Below, one piece after another: positions 44,465 through 54,190 of a stretch of DNA of 64,000 bases (positions are counted from its first letter, which is position 1; every line of letters begins with the position of its first letter). This stretch comes from Alphaproteobacteria bacterium (GTDB lineage Bacteria > Pseudomonadota > Alphaproteobacteria > Rs-D84). The position numbers and the translations under genes were made by a program. The stretch covers positions 130,417 to 194,416 of the forward strand of contig JAVBPX010000001.1 in assembly GCA_031549365.1 (NCBI GenBank). The letters run 5' to 3'. The notes below the pieces were generated by a model. It ran no database searches and was not told the DNA's origin. It saw only the letters and a program-made list of their open reading frames with translations.

Positions 44465-46168
44465 TTAAATTCTTTCGAACATTGAATCTAATTCAGATTG
44501 TGTAATTGCTTTAAAAACCGGACGACCATGATTACATTGGCCTGCGCGTTCTGTTTCTTCGATTTGTCGCAATAATGCATTCATTTGATCCAAATCCAAG
44601 CGCTGCCCCGCGCGGACAGAATGATGACATGCATACGTTGCCAATATATGATGCAATTTTTCAGACAATGCGGTCGTTGCGTTATTATCGTGCAATTCTC
44701 GGGACATATTTTTAAATGATTCATCCCAATTTATTTTGATTCCGGCTGGGACCTCGCGCACGACAATTGTATTATCTCCAAAAGATTCAATAATTAACCC
44801 GCATTGCTCCAATTCGGATGACATTTCCAAAATCGCATCCGCATCATCCAATTCAATAACGTGCGGAACCAATAATGGCTGACGTTTAATATCGCGGTTT
44901 CGCAATTGTTCATAAACAATTCTTTCATGGGCAGCATGCTGATCAACAATAATTAAACCAGAATCAGATTCAGCCAATATATATTTATTCATAATTTGCG
45001 CCAATGCGCGGCCCAATGGACGATGTTCTGTTTCGGATAACATATATCCAGGCACTTGATTTTCTGAATTTTTTGAAAACAATAATGGCTCTGCCACATG
45101 GGTCATATTTACCGGTATTTTTGGCCTTTCACGATCAAAATAAAATTGAATCTTTTGCTGATTATTGGGTTGTGAAATTTGGGTAAAATTTTCATCCCTA
45201 TCTTTCATAGACGCCGAAATCGCACGACGCAAACCGCCAACAATAATTGATCGAATTCGTGACGGTTCCAAAAAATGAACCTCTGTCTTGGCTGGATGAA
45301 CATTAACATCAACCATATTTGTTGGCACATCCAAATACAATACACATATTGGATATTCACGTGCTGACATAACATCGAAATACGCCGCGCGCAATGCTGC
45401 CAACAATAATTTATCCCGAACCGGACGATTATTTACAAATAAATATTGATCGGATGCCGTTGGCCGACGCATTGTTGGTTCGGACACCCAGCCGGACAAC
45501 TTTATATCACCATCCACGACATCAATTGGCAATAAACGGCCCCGCACATCATCACCAATCACAGAATAAATTCTTTCGATTGGATTATCGTTCGACTTTT
45601 GATAAAAATGCTTTTTATTAACATAAAATCCGACATCCATGCGCGACAGAGCCAATCGTTTAACAATATCAATAACCGCAGACGTTTCGGCACGATCGGA
45701 CCGTAAAAATTTTAAGCGAGCCGGTGTTTTTTGAAATAAATTATTAACCATAATACGCGTACCAACGGTCCAGGAGCTGGGGCGCAATTTTTTATTATCC
45801 GACACATCAATCGACCAGGATTCACCACCATGCGCAGTATCAATCACAACGTCCGATACAGATGCGATTGACGGCAATGCTTCGCCCCTAAAACCCATAG
45901 TGTTAATGTTTAATAAATCATCCGATTTTAATTTGGATGTAGCATGGCGTTCCACACACGAAATCAAATCATCCCGAGTCATTCCAGATCCATTATCCGT
46001 AACACAAATTAATGTACGACCACCGTCAACAACATCGACAACAATATTATCAGCCCCAGAATCCAATGAATTTTCAACCAGTTCTTTGACCACACTGGCG
46101 GGTCGCTCCACCACCTCGCCCGCGGCAATTTGGTTTATTAAATGATCTGGTAAAATTCGGATCGTCAT
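44465..46168 (-). CDS. mutL: DNA mismatch repair protein MutL
   Basis: 567 aa. GHKL ATPase N-terminus 'INQIAAGEVVERPASVVKELVENSLDSGA' and 'DNGSGM'. C-terminal dimerisation domain. Confidence 0.9.
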   Translation of the reverse strand: MTIRILPDHLINQIAAGEVVERPASVVKELVENSLDSGADNIVVDVVDGGRTLICVTDNGSGMTRDDLISCVERHATSKLKSDDLLNINTMGFRGEALPSIASVSDVVIDTAHGGESWSIDVSDNKKLRPSSWTVGTRIMVNNLFQKTPARLKFLRSDRAETSAVIDIVKRLALSRMDVGFYVNKKHFYQKSNDNPIERIYSVIGDDVRGRLLPIDVVDGDIKLSGWVSEPTMRRPTASDQYLFVNNRPVRDKLLLAALRAAYFDVMSAREYPICVLYLDVPTNMVDVNVHPAKTEVHFLEPSRIRSIIVGGLRRAISASMKDRDENFTQISQPNNQQKIQFYFDRERPKIPVNMTHVAEPLLFSKNSENQVPGYMLSETEHRPLGRALAQIMNKYILAESDSGLIIVDQHAAHERIVYEQLRNRDIKRQPLLVPHVIELDDADAILEMSSELEQCGLIIESFGDNTIVVREVPAGIKINWDESFKNMSRELHDNNATTALSEKLHHILATYACHHSVRAGQRLDLDQMNALLRQIEETERAGQCNHGRPVFKAITQSELDSMFERI

Positions 46169-47031
46169 TTATTTTCCCCCAAACATTTCAACACCCAATT
46201 ATTTATCACAGATTCAGAAATTTTATACGTTTTTCCCGGCTTTTTAGGTGGATATAACTTTGATATTGCATTTTTAATTTGATCGCACGCGGCCATAAAC
46301 AATCCCATAAATTCCGCAACTGATTTATTCGGCGAAACCAACATTAATGATGTTTGATCCGATAAATTTGATACCGCATCCAACATACGATCGTCACGAT
46401 TTGTAATCAAAATTTGTGGACGATCCATATTTGATACCGTATCCCAAATTAAATCGGAATCCGACATCGAGTGCATTAATAATTGGCACGCGCCAGGCAT
46501 TCCATTTAAGCGAACGGACGAATTTCGATTAATATCAATTTCCCATAAAACGAATTGTAATATACGTTTTGCCAATATATGATTTTCTGAATTTGCACCA
46601 ATCATCACAGAATCCACGAACATATTGGATGATGCCAATTCAATTAAAAACATATGAATATCGAGTTCCAAACATTCGATAATTTTGTCGGCCTTTTTTT
46701 GAAATTGTAAAAATTCATCACTTTTCGGGCCCAAAACCAAAATATGGTTGTGCGCCATGCCCTGGGCCGTTTTATGCAGCCAATCATATACCATTTGATA
46801 CATTGGGTTTGTTGATGGATTTGAATCTGATAACATTAAAACCAATGTATTCTCGGGTCGGCAACGTGCACGCACCAAATCAAAATCCGCCAAATTATGC
46901 CCGATAAAATATATCGGCATTATATTTTTTTGATTATTAGGGATCATTGAAACCACATGATTTGTCCGATCACGAATCATATGACCAATAACAACGATGT
47001 CTGTAAAACGTCGCCCACCCATGCCGGCCAT
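46165..47031 (-). CDS. Hypothetical protein, translationally coupled upstream of mutL
   Basis: 288-aa ORF whose stop overlaps the mutL start. I recognise no motifs. Confidence 0.45.
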   Translation of the reverse strand: MAGMGGRRFTDIVVIGHMIRDRTNHVVSMIPNNQKNIMPIYFIGHNLADFDLVRARCRPENTLVLMLSDSNPSTNPMYQMVYDWLHKTAQGMAHNHILVLGPKSDEFLQFQKKADKIIECLELDIHMFLIELASSNMFVDSVMIGANSENHILAKRILQFVLWEIDINRNSSVRLNGMPGACQLLMHSMSDSDLIWDTVSNMDRPQILITNRDDRMLDAVSNLSDQTSLMLVSPNKSVAEFMGLFMAACDQIKNAISKLYPPKKPGKTYKISESVINNWVLKCLGENK

Positions 47032-47360
47032 ATTCCCGCGATTAATATCATTTGCAATTTTTGATAATAATTCGTTTTTAATGTATTTTTTTGGAGTCGA
47101 TAAATTTTAGTCCATCACAGAATCCAAAACTTCAAAAACATTATCGTCCGCAAAAATCCAAGTGCGATCACAATACAGACCCAAACTCCGATCGCATATA
47201 TATGGCGACCCCTGACGCGATTGCATAACCGCATCCCTAGACATATCGGAAATGTATTCCGCCCTCTTTTTTAAACGGACAAATTCAGAATTTTTTTCAA
47301 TCATCAATGTATCTTTATGCTTGGTTATAATTGGACCATAGCATAAAAAAAGACATCAAA

Positions 47361-47837
47361 TCAAGCGCCATAATTAACGCAAATAATTTCCCATGATTTT
47401 TTGCCCGCTGGCGATGCAACATCAACAACATCACCGGCTTTTTTACCAATTAACGCCCGGCCCATTGGACAAGTATTTGCAATGATTCCACATTTAATAT
47501 CTGCTTCTATATCCGATAAAATTTGATATTTGGCACATTCGCCCGTATCGACATTTTCCAAGTCAACGCAAGCGCCAAACATAACAGTATCGCCGCATAA
47601 TTTTTTTATATCAATAACTTCGGCATGCGATAAAATTGATTCCAATTCTTGGATACGCCCTGCGATATATCCTTGACGTTCGCGGGCGGAATGATATTCC
47701 GCATTTTCCGACAAATCCCCCAAATCGCGCGCAGCTTGGACGGCGGCAATTATTGCTGGGCGTTCAACTTCTTTCAGTTGTTTTAATTCTGCCATTAATT
47801 TATCGAACCCTGCTTGGGTCATTGGTTTTTTATCCAT
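47361..47837 (-). CDS. greA: Transcription elongation factor GreA
   Basis: 158 aa. N-terminal coiled-coil 'MTQAGFDKLMAELKQLKEVERPAII' and 'DLSENAEYHSARERQ' are GreA hallmarks. Confidence 0.9.
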   Translation of the reverse strand: MDKKPMTQAGFDKLMAELKQLKEVERPAIIAAVQAARDLGDLSENAEYHSARERQGYIAGRIQELESILSHAEVIDIKKLCGDTVMFGACVDLENVDTGECAKYQILSDIEADIKCGIIANTCPMGRALIGKKAGDVVDVASPAGKKSWEIICVNYGA

Positions 47838-47998
47838 TGTAACCTCGGTTTGTTTGGTGGCCTGTCACTGGCCTGACAATACTTTTGCCTTGTGGCCTAA
47901 ATATAGCAAATTTACCTCGAAAATCAAGCCTTTTGTTTTTCTTTGCAATTTTTCGCATCTTTTGTATAATATAGCCTTGATACAACCAAGGAAACATC

Positions 47999-48733
47999 AT
48001 GTATAACGCAACAGTCAAAAGTATTCGAGAATTACATCCAGATTTACGCGTATTTAAAATCGCAATGAATGATGGGGCATCGTTAAATTTTACTCCTGGC
48101 CAGTTCAGCACATTGGGATTAATCGGGAATGATGGTAATATGATTATGCGGGCTTATTCAATCGCGTCAAATCCGGCCAATGCGGAAGTCGAATTTTTCA
48201 TTGTTAAAAAACACGATGGTCTATTTACCCCAAAATTATTTGAATTAAAAGTCGGCGACCAAATATTTATGAATCCACGCTGTGTTGGGCACATGTCTTT
48301 GTCCCACGTGCCAGAAACCACGGATATGTTGTGGGTTGCCACGGGAACTGGCATTGTGCCGTTTATGTCATTATTGCGTTCGGTCCCAAATATCTGCGAG
48401 AACCGCAAGGTTGTATTAATTTATGGAGCGCGCCAAGTTCACGATTTGGGATACATGGACGAATTAAATAAATTCCAAAAGGATTTTCCGAATTTTCACT
48501 TTTTCCCAATCGCATCCCGCGAAGAATTAAATGGCCGCATTGGACGCGTAAATATTATATTTGATTTGCCCGAATTTAAATCGATTTTTCCGGTTATTTC
48601 GCCCGATTCCATGCATATTTTCATGTGCGGATCGGTTGCAATGATTAATGATCATGCTGATAATTTTCAAAAAATCGGATTTGTTTTGGATACCCCGATA
48701 AACCCAGGTCAATTACACATAGAGAAATATTAA
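47999..48733 (+). CDS. fpr: Ferredoxin--NADP+ reductase (FNR family flavoprotein)
   Basis: 244 aa. FAD-binding 'RAYSIAS' and NAD(P)-binding 'GTGIVPFMSLL' motifs. Confidence 0.75.
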   Translation: MYNATVKSIRELHPDLRVFKIAMNDGASLNFTPGQFSTLGLIGNDGNMIMRAYSIASNPANAEVEFFIVKKHDGLFTPKLFELKVGDQIFMNPRCVGHMSLSHVPETTDMLWVATGTGIVPFMSLLRSVPNICENRKVVLIYGARQVHDLGYMDELNKFQKDFPNFHFFPIASREELNGRIGRVNIIFDLPEFKSIFPVISPDSMHIFMCGSVAMINDHADNFQKIGFVLDTPINPGQLHIEKY

Positions 48734-48742
48734 AAATAAAAC

Positions 48743-49822
48743 ATGCGATTAAAACCCAGAATTTTAACCAGATTTCTTGCATCCCATTTCATGCGGAGCT
48801 TTTTTGGCGTCGTCGGCGTTGTGTGCGGAATAACACTAACAATTGCATTTATTGAAAACTTGAATCGAATTGATACTTTTACCGACGCCCTGCAATTCAG
48901 CATTTTGCAGCTGTTGGAATGGACCCCTATATTTTTACCGTTGGTAGTATTTATGGCTACATTAATGACGACATGGAAATTAACGCGATCATCTGAAATT
49001 CCAATTATTCAGGGCGCCGGACTGTCCCCTTTTCAATGGATGACTCCTTTTATATATTCGGCATTATTTTTAGGGCTATTTGCCAGCATGATTTTAAATC
49101 CAATGACTGTTCGTTTGGGAAAAACTTGGCAAACACACGATAACGAAATGACCCAACAAATGATGTTGATTGATGATGCGATCTGGATTCGTGAACAAAC
49201 CCCAACGTCCAGCTTGGTTTTACAGGCGAAAAGCGCAACAACTAAAAAAAATCAGATGACCTTCCGCAATGTATTAATGTTAGTCCAGGACGAAAATGCC
49301 GCACTGATAAACCGCATCGAAGCAAAAAGTGTGATATTGGATAATGGAAAATTCACAGCAAATAATCCAACTGTGTATGACACAAAAAACAATATTCAAA
49401 ACCCAAAAACATGGACCATTCCTTCTGTTATGACGCCCGATCATATTTATGACAGATATTTAAAGCCAACCGAAGTTGATTTCTGGAAATTACCAAAATT
49501 CATATCTGGGCTGCAAATGACCGGCATTAATACTCGCGCACACTTGGTTCATTTTTATACTTTGTTGTTCCAGCCGTTAATGTTTATTTCGATGGTAATT
49601 CTTGGGATGGCGTTTTCCATGACACGATCAATGCGATCACACGCATTCGGCATTAAAATCAGCGCCGGAGTTTTAACCAGTTTTATATTATATTTTTTAA
49701 CAAATGTGTTCAGCGCGTTGGGAATATCGGGCATAATGCCTGAAATTTTGGCGGTTATGGCGCCTCCGTTAATTGTTTCATTCTTTGCAGGCGCATTTAT
49801 ATTGTATTTCGATGATTTATAA
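48743..49822 (+). CDS. LptF/LptG-family LPS export permease (YjgP/YjgQ)
   Basis: 359 aa. N-terminal 'ILTRFLASHFMRSFFGVVGVVCGITL' TM pattern. Central periplasmic domain and C-terminal TM segments, typical of LptF/G. Confidence 0.7.
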   Translation: MRLKPRILTRFLASHFMRSFFGVVGVVCGITLTIAFIENLNRIDTFTDALQFSILQLLEWTPIFLPLVVFMATLMTTWKLTRSSEIPIIQGAGLSPFQWMTPFIYSALFLGLFASMILNPMTVRLGKTWQTHDNEMTQQMMLIDDAIWIREQTPTSSLVLQAKSATTKKNQMTFRNVLMLVQDENAALINRIEAKSVILDNGKFTANNPTVYDTKNNIQNPKTWTIPSVMTPDHIYDRYLKPTEVDFWKLPKFISGLQMTGINTRAHLVHFYTLLFQPLMFISMVILGMAFSMTRSMRSHAFGIKISAGVLTSFILYFLTNVFSALGISGIMPEILAVMAPPLIVSFFAGAFILYFDDL

Positions 49823-49892
49823 TAAAAAGATTGCAACCCCCGCCAAATTCAGGTATAATAGCCTGGTTAGGAAGTAAACAAGGGAGACACCT

Positions 49893-50642
49893 ATGCCAAA
49901 CGATTTCGAAACGTTAAACGACAACGATCTGTTGGATTTGGACGACACTTTTGCCACCGATGCAAATGATGATTTATTCCAAGACGATCCATTCCAACCT
50001 GCATGCAAACCGGAAAAACAAAAATCTGGGCCACGTCGTCCTTGGGTTTTAGTATTGATTTGTTTAATCGTTGGCGCACTGGTCAGTTATATTGTGTTCA
50101 AGGTTGCAACTCCATCACATCATTCTGAATCCGCCACAATTTCAGTTACAAATCCTGAACCGACTGCTGATTCTCAAACTTTTGGTGATCAGGCTGAAAA
50201 TTTATTGGTTCAGCCAAAAGATTCTGATGGGATTCCACAACGTGTCGTTAACGATGTAAAACCTGTTGAATTTAAACCAGACGCCGCACCAGTTGTAACA
50301 AAGCCGAAACCATTGCCAACGACTACGACGACATCAGCCACAACAACAGCGACATCAACTGTAAAGGCCGCGACAGCAACAATATCAGGCAAATGGCAAG
50401 TTCAGCTGATTTCATTGTCCAGCCAAAAAGCTGTGGAACAAGAACGCGCCCGCTTACAATCAAAACATCCGAATTTATTCAGTGGTAAAAATTTGACCAT
50501 TACGGAAAAAACATTGCCTGGTGGCAAAATCACATACAGACTGCGCGTTGATGGATTCGCGGAACAATCTTCGGCTGACGCATTTTGTAGACAAGCAAAA
50601 CAAAACGGAATTGACTGTTATGTCGTTCCACAAAACAGATAA
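49893..50642 (+). CDS. SPOR-domain protein (FtsN/DedD-like)
   Basis: 249 aa. Single N-terminal TM, Thr/Ala/Pro-rich linker, C-terminal SPOR domain 'GKWQVQLISLSSQKAVEQERARLQ...YRLRVDGFAEQSSADAFCRQAKQNGIDCYVV'. Confidence 0.6.
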   Translation: MPNDFETLNDNDLLDLDDTFATDANDDLFQDDPFQPACKPEKQKSGPRRPWVLVLICLIVGALVSYIVFKVATPSHHSESATISVTNPEPTADSQTFGDQAENLLVQPKDSDGIPQRVVNDVKPVEFKPDAAPVVTKPKPLPTTTTTSATTTATSTVKAATATISGKWQVQLISLSSQKAVEQERARLQSKHPNLFSGKNLTITEKTLPGGKITYRLRVDGFAEQSSADAFCRQAKQNGIDCYVVPQNR

Positions 50643-50653
50643 GCGAGGATAAA

Positions 50654-50899
50654 ATGAGACCTGGATTTTGGGAACTATTATTAATAATTGTATTGGTATT
50701 ATTATTGTTTGGGCATAATAAAATTCCAGCGATGATGAAAAACATCGCCGAGGGTTTAAATGTGTTCAAATCCGAATTAAACAAAGATAAAAAACCGGCT
50801 GAAAAACAGGTTGTTGCTGAAAAAAAAGTTGCGACCAAAGCTGTTAAACCGGCCGTAAAAAAAACAGTTAAAAAAACAACTGCGAAAAAAAGAAAATAA
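50654..50899 (+). CDS. tatA: Sec-independent translocase subunit TatA/E
   Basis: 81 aa. 'FWELLLIIVLVLLLFGHNKIP' TM followed by an amphipathic helix and a Lys-rich tail. Confidence 0.7.
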   Translation: MRPGFWELLLIIVLVLLLFGHNKIPAMMKNIAEGLNVFKSELNKDKKPAEKQVVAEKKVATKAVKPAVKKTVKKTTAKKRK

Positions 50900-50914
50900 T
50901 TGGGGGATTGTCTG

Positions 50915-53200
50915 GTGCAGGAACGTCAACCGTTTTTCCCACCCGAGCTTGCTCTATTTCTCCGCCAACTGATTACCAGGATTGGCGGACTTTTTTTCAT
51001 GCTGATGGGAATTTTCTTTTTTGTTGCGTTAATCGGATATGACTCGACGATTGCATCATTGGATGTTGCATCAACATGGACACACCGTGCGATTATGGGA
51101 CAGTTTTGGAATTCCACTGTTGAATTATGTTTGCAGAGTTTTGGCGTACTATCATCCGTTTTTTTTGGATTTGTTTTAATTCGCATGGGATATATGCTGT
51201 TACGTTTACGCGAATGGGCTATGCCAGAATTCACTTTGATGTTAACATTGTTAACTATATTTTTTGGCGCAACCACTGTCGGATTAATTTCTCCAGATGG
51301 ATTTGGCGGCGGATTAATTGGACATATTGTTGCAGCAGATATTGGTCAAATACTGCCATCTATTTTTTTAATCGTTTTGGGATTAGTGTCGTTTGGATTG
51401 TTTTGCTATACCGGATTTTACGCATTACATTTACGCCGCGATCATATTGTAAAAACAATTGGATTAATTGCATCATCATATCGTTGGATTGTAAATTCAT
51501 TTAAACCAATCGATTCTAATTTTAATCCGATGAACATTGATGAAAACGAAATCATCGAACAAGACCAAGAAACCTCCGAAAACGTCGATAAAAAGCCATC
51601 ATTGTTATCCCGACTGGTTGATAAAAAAGCCAAAGAGCCCGTTAAAAAAACCGAACCGAAAAAAGAACCAATAACAATTAAACCGAAACCTGGTAAAAAT
51701 TTCCAATTTCCACCTTTGTCATTATTGGTGCGCGGGGAAAATGCCAAGCAAAACATAACCGCCCAACATAAACAGAGCGCCGAAATGTTGGAAACATTTC
51801 TGGAAGAATTCGGCGTCCGAGGATCTGTCAAAAGAATCAAACCCGGGCCTGTTGTTACATTATACGAATTCGAACCCGCGCCTGGGACAAAAACATCAAA
51901 AATCGTTGCTTCCGCCGAAGATATTGCCCGTTCAATGGCGTCGTCCAGCATTCGTATGGCTGTTATCCCCGGCACAAACGTTATCGGTGTTGAATTGCCA
52001 AATTTAAATCGCCAGACCGTATATTTTCAACGATTAATTGCGAACCCAATATTTCAACAGTCAAAAATGGCAATGCCTATTGCATTGGGGGATGATATTG
52101 GTGGGGAATCTGTTTATGTTGATTTGGCAAAAATGCCGCATTTAATGATTGCGGGACGTACGGGTTCCGGGAAATCAGTGTTTATGCGTTCTATTATTTT
52201 GTCGCTATTGTATAAATTCACGCCCGATGAATGTAAATTAATTATGATTGATCCAAAAATGCTGGAATTCGCAGACTGGAACGACATTCCGCATTTATTA
52301 ACTCCTGTTGTAACCGATCCGCAAAAGGCCGTAAATACATTGAAATGGGCCGTGCGCGAAATGGAGGATCGCTATCGTAAAATGTCTAAGCTCGGGGTCA
52401 AAGATTTGGCTGGATACAATGAAAAAACCGCTGAATTGCGTCAAGAAGGCAAAGTTGTTACAACACGCGTTCAAACTGGAATTGATCCGGAAACCGGGGA
52501 TATTTTATTCGAAGATCGCCCGATTGATTTATCGCCAATGCCTTATTTGGTTGTGATCATCGATGAAATGGCTGATTTAATGCTGGTTGCCGGCAAAGAA
52601 GTCGAAGCTTCCGTTCAACGTTTGGCCCAAATGGCGCGTGCCGCCGGAATCCATGTTGTTATTGCAACACAACGTCCATCCGTCAACGTTATTACCGGTG
52701 TTATCAAGGCCAATTTCCCAACACGTATCAGTTTCCAAACCACATCTGCAATCGACAGCCGCACGATTTTGGACCGCCAAGGGGCCGAATTATTATTGGA
52801 TCATGGAGATATGTTATATATGGCCGCGGGTCGAAATCCAATCCGCGTTCACGCCGCGTTCATCAGCGAAAAGGAAGGCCAAGCCGTTGCAACATTTTTA
52901 CGGGATCAAGAAAAACCCGAATACCGTATGAATATTGGTGATGATGATAATGAAATGGAGCCATCGCTGGTTGATAAAACGTTGCGCTCTGGATCATCAG
53001 AATCACGCGATGATGATTTATACCGCCAAGCAATCGAATGTGTTGTCAAGAGCAATAAGCCCAGTATCAGTTACGTTCAACGCTGTTTACGTATCGGCTA
53101 TAATCGTGCAGCCACATTGATTGAAAGAATGGAAGCCGAGGGAATTATTTCCCCGCCCGATGCGACCCAAAAACGGCATGTCCTACGCAAGGATGGTTAA
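50915..53200 (+). CDS. ftsK: DNA translocase FtsK
   Basis: N-terminal 4-TM domain, Pro/Lys-rich linker, AAA+ motor with Walker A 'IAGRTGSGKS', and C-terminal gamma (winged-helix) domain. GTG at 50915 is preferred over the TTG at 50900, given the GGGGGA RBS. Confidence 0.9.
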   Translation: MQERQPFFPPELALFLRQLITRIGGLFFMLMGIFFFVALIGYDSTIASLDVASTWTHRAIMGQFWNSTVELCLQSFGVLSSVFFGFVLIRMGYMLLRLREWAMPEFTLMLTLLTIFFGATTVGLISPDGFGGGLIGHIVAADIGQILPSIFLIVLGLVSFGLFCYTGFYALHLRRDHIVKTIGLIASSYRWIVNSFKPIDSNFNPMNIDENEIIEQDQETSENVDKKPSLLSRLVDKKAKEPVKKTEPKKEPITIKPKPGKNFQFPPLSLLVRGENAKQNITAQHKQSAEMLETFLEEFGVRGSVKRIKPGPVVTLYEFEPAPGTKTSKIVASAEDIARSMASSSIRMAVIPGTNVIGVELPNLNRQTVYFQRLIANPIFQQSKMAMPIALGDDIGGESVYVDLAKMPHLMIAGRTGSGKSVFMRSIILSLLYKFTPDECKLIMIDPKMLEFADWNDIPHLLTPVVTDPQKAVNTLKWAVREMEDRYRKMSKLGVKDLAGYNEKTAELRQEGKVVTTRVQTGIDPETGDILFEDRPIDLSPMPYLVVIIDEMADLMLVAGKEVEASVQRLAQMARAAGIHVVIATQRPSVNVITGVIKANFPTRISFQTTSAIDSRTILDRQGAELLLDHGDMLYMAAGRNPIRVHAAFISEKEGQAVATFLRDQEKPEYRMNIGDDDNEMEPSLVDKTLRSGSSESRDDDLYRQAIECVVKSNKPSISYVQRCLRIGYNRAATLIERMEAEGIISPPDATQKRHVLRKDG

Positions 53201-53618
53201 TTCGGTGATTGGCACGAAACCAATCGGCTGAATCCCACACAATATAATCCGACATTGTTTTAAAAAATCCAATGTTTTTCAAATGCTTGACTTTTGACCA
53301 ATCAATTTCAATTTTTGTATTCGGTTCGCCAAAACGCATATTGTCATACGCACATTTCATTGAAATACCTCGCCCGGCATCAACCAATTTTAAATCAACT
53401 TTTTCGCAATTTTTATTTTTTAAACGATTTTCGTAATTTGTACATTTTTTGGTTTTTAAGTCCAAACTATCACATGCTAGTGTTGTCATGAACAGCAAAC
53501 CTGTGCTGGCGTCACGAATTTTGCACAGGCAACAAATGCCGCATGCATTGCAAATACTCTCCCATTCAATATCAGATAAATTTTCCATATTTAAATTTTT
53601 TATATTAATGTTTTCCAT
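53145..53618 (-). CDS. YcgN/UPF0260-family Cys-rich protein, paralog 2 of a tandem pair
   Basis: 'DIEWESICNACGICCLCKI' and 'LACDSLDLKTKKCTNYENR' match YcgN 'EWESLCDGCGQCCLHKL...VACRQLNIKTCQCRNYERR'. The 3' end overlaps convergent ftsK by 56 bp. Confidence 0.65.
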   Translation of the reverse strand: MENINIKNLNMENLSDIEWESICNACGICCLCKIRDASTGLLFMTTLACDSLDLKTKKCTNYENRLKNKNCEKVDLKLVDAGRGISMKCAYDNMRFGEPNTKIEIDWSKVKHLKNIGFFKTMSDYIVWDSADWFRANHRINHPCVGHAVFGSHRAGK

Positions 53619-54046
53619 TATATCCCTCGAAAATAATCAACACGATCAATTACAAAATCCACCAACGTTTTCCCATGCGGGATATCCCGCTCATGAATCA
53701 CCCGTCCCCAATCAATTTTTGGAGATGCGCTAGATTTCCCCAACCGACGTTCAGAATAAGGACATGAACGCGGAACCAACGAACAATTATCAATCGTTTC
53801 ACAACATAAATTACCACATCCTGCCTTTTGTTTGCGGCGCTCATTTTTATATGCAATACATTTTTTGGTTTTTAAATCCAAATAATTGCATGCAACCGTT
53901 GTTAAATAAACAGAATGCTCGATCGTTTTATCAAACGGATCCGATAACAAGGTTTTGTTTAAACAACATGTACCGCAACCAACGCAAATGGTTTCCCATT
54001 CGGGGCTCCCCTTTTTTGGCATTGGATTGTGTTCAAAATTTTGCAT
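53618..54046 (-). CDS. YcgN/UPF0260-family Cys-rich protein, paralog 1 of a tandem pair
   Basis: 'SPEWETICVGCGTCCLNKT' and 'VACNYLDLKTKKCIAYKNERR'. Same family as the downstream paralog. Confidence 0.65.
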   Translation of the reverse strand: MQNFEHNPMPKKGSPEWETICVGCGTCCLNKTLLSDPFDKTIEHSVYLTTVACNYLDLKTKKCIAYKNERRKQKAGCGNLCCETIDNCSLVPRSCPYSERRLGKSSASPKIDWGRVIHERDIPHGKTLVDFVIDRVDYFRGI

Positions 54047-54190
54047 GATTCCCCCTATTGTTCACACATATAACATAGCAAAATATTTTTATTTGTCAAG
54101 AACTAAATTAATAGATATAACATGCTCTCCACCCCTTGCACTTTCCGTAAAATGCGCTATATTGGGTTAACGAAAAACCGAGGAATAATT

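Noticed and set aside
47107-47307. 66-aa ORF between the mutL-upstream gene and greA.
   Set aside because: It is short, has no recognisable motif or strong RBS, and cannot be distinguished from chance in AT-rich DNA. I left it unannotated.
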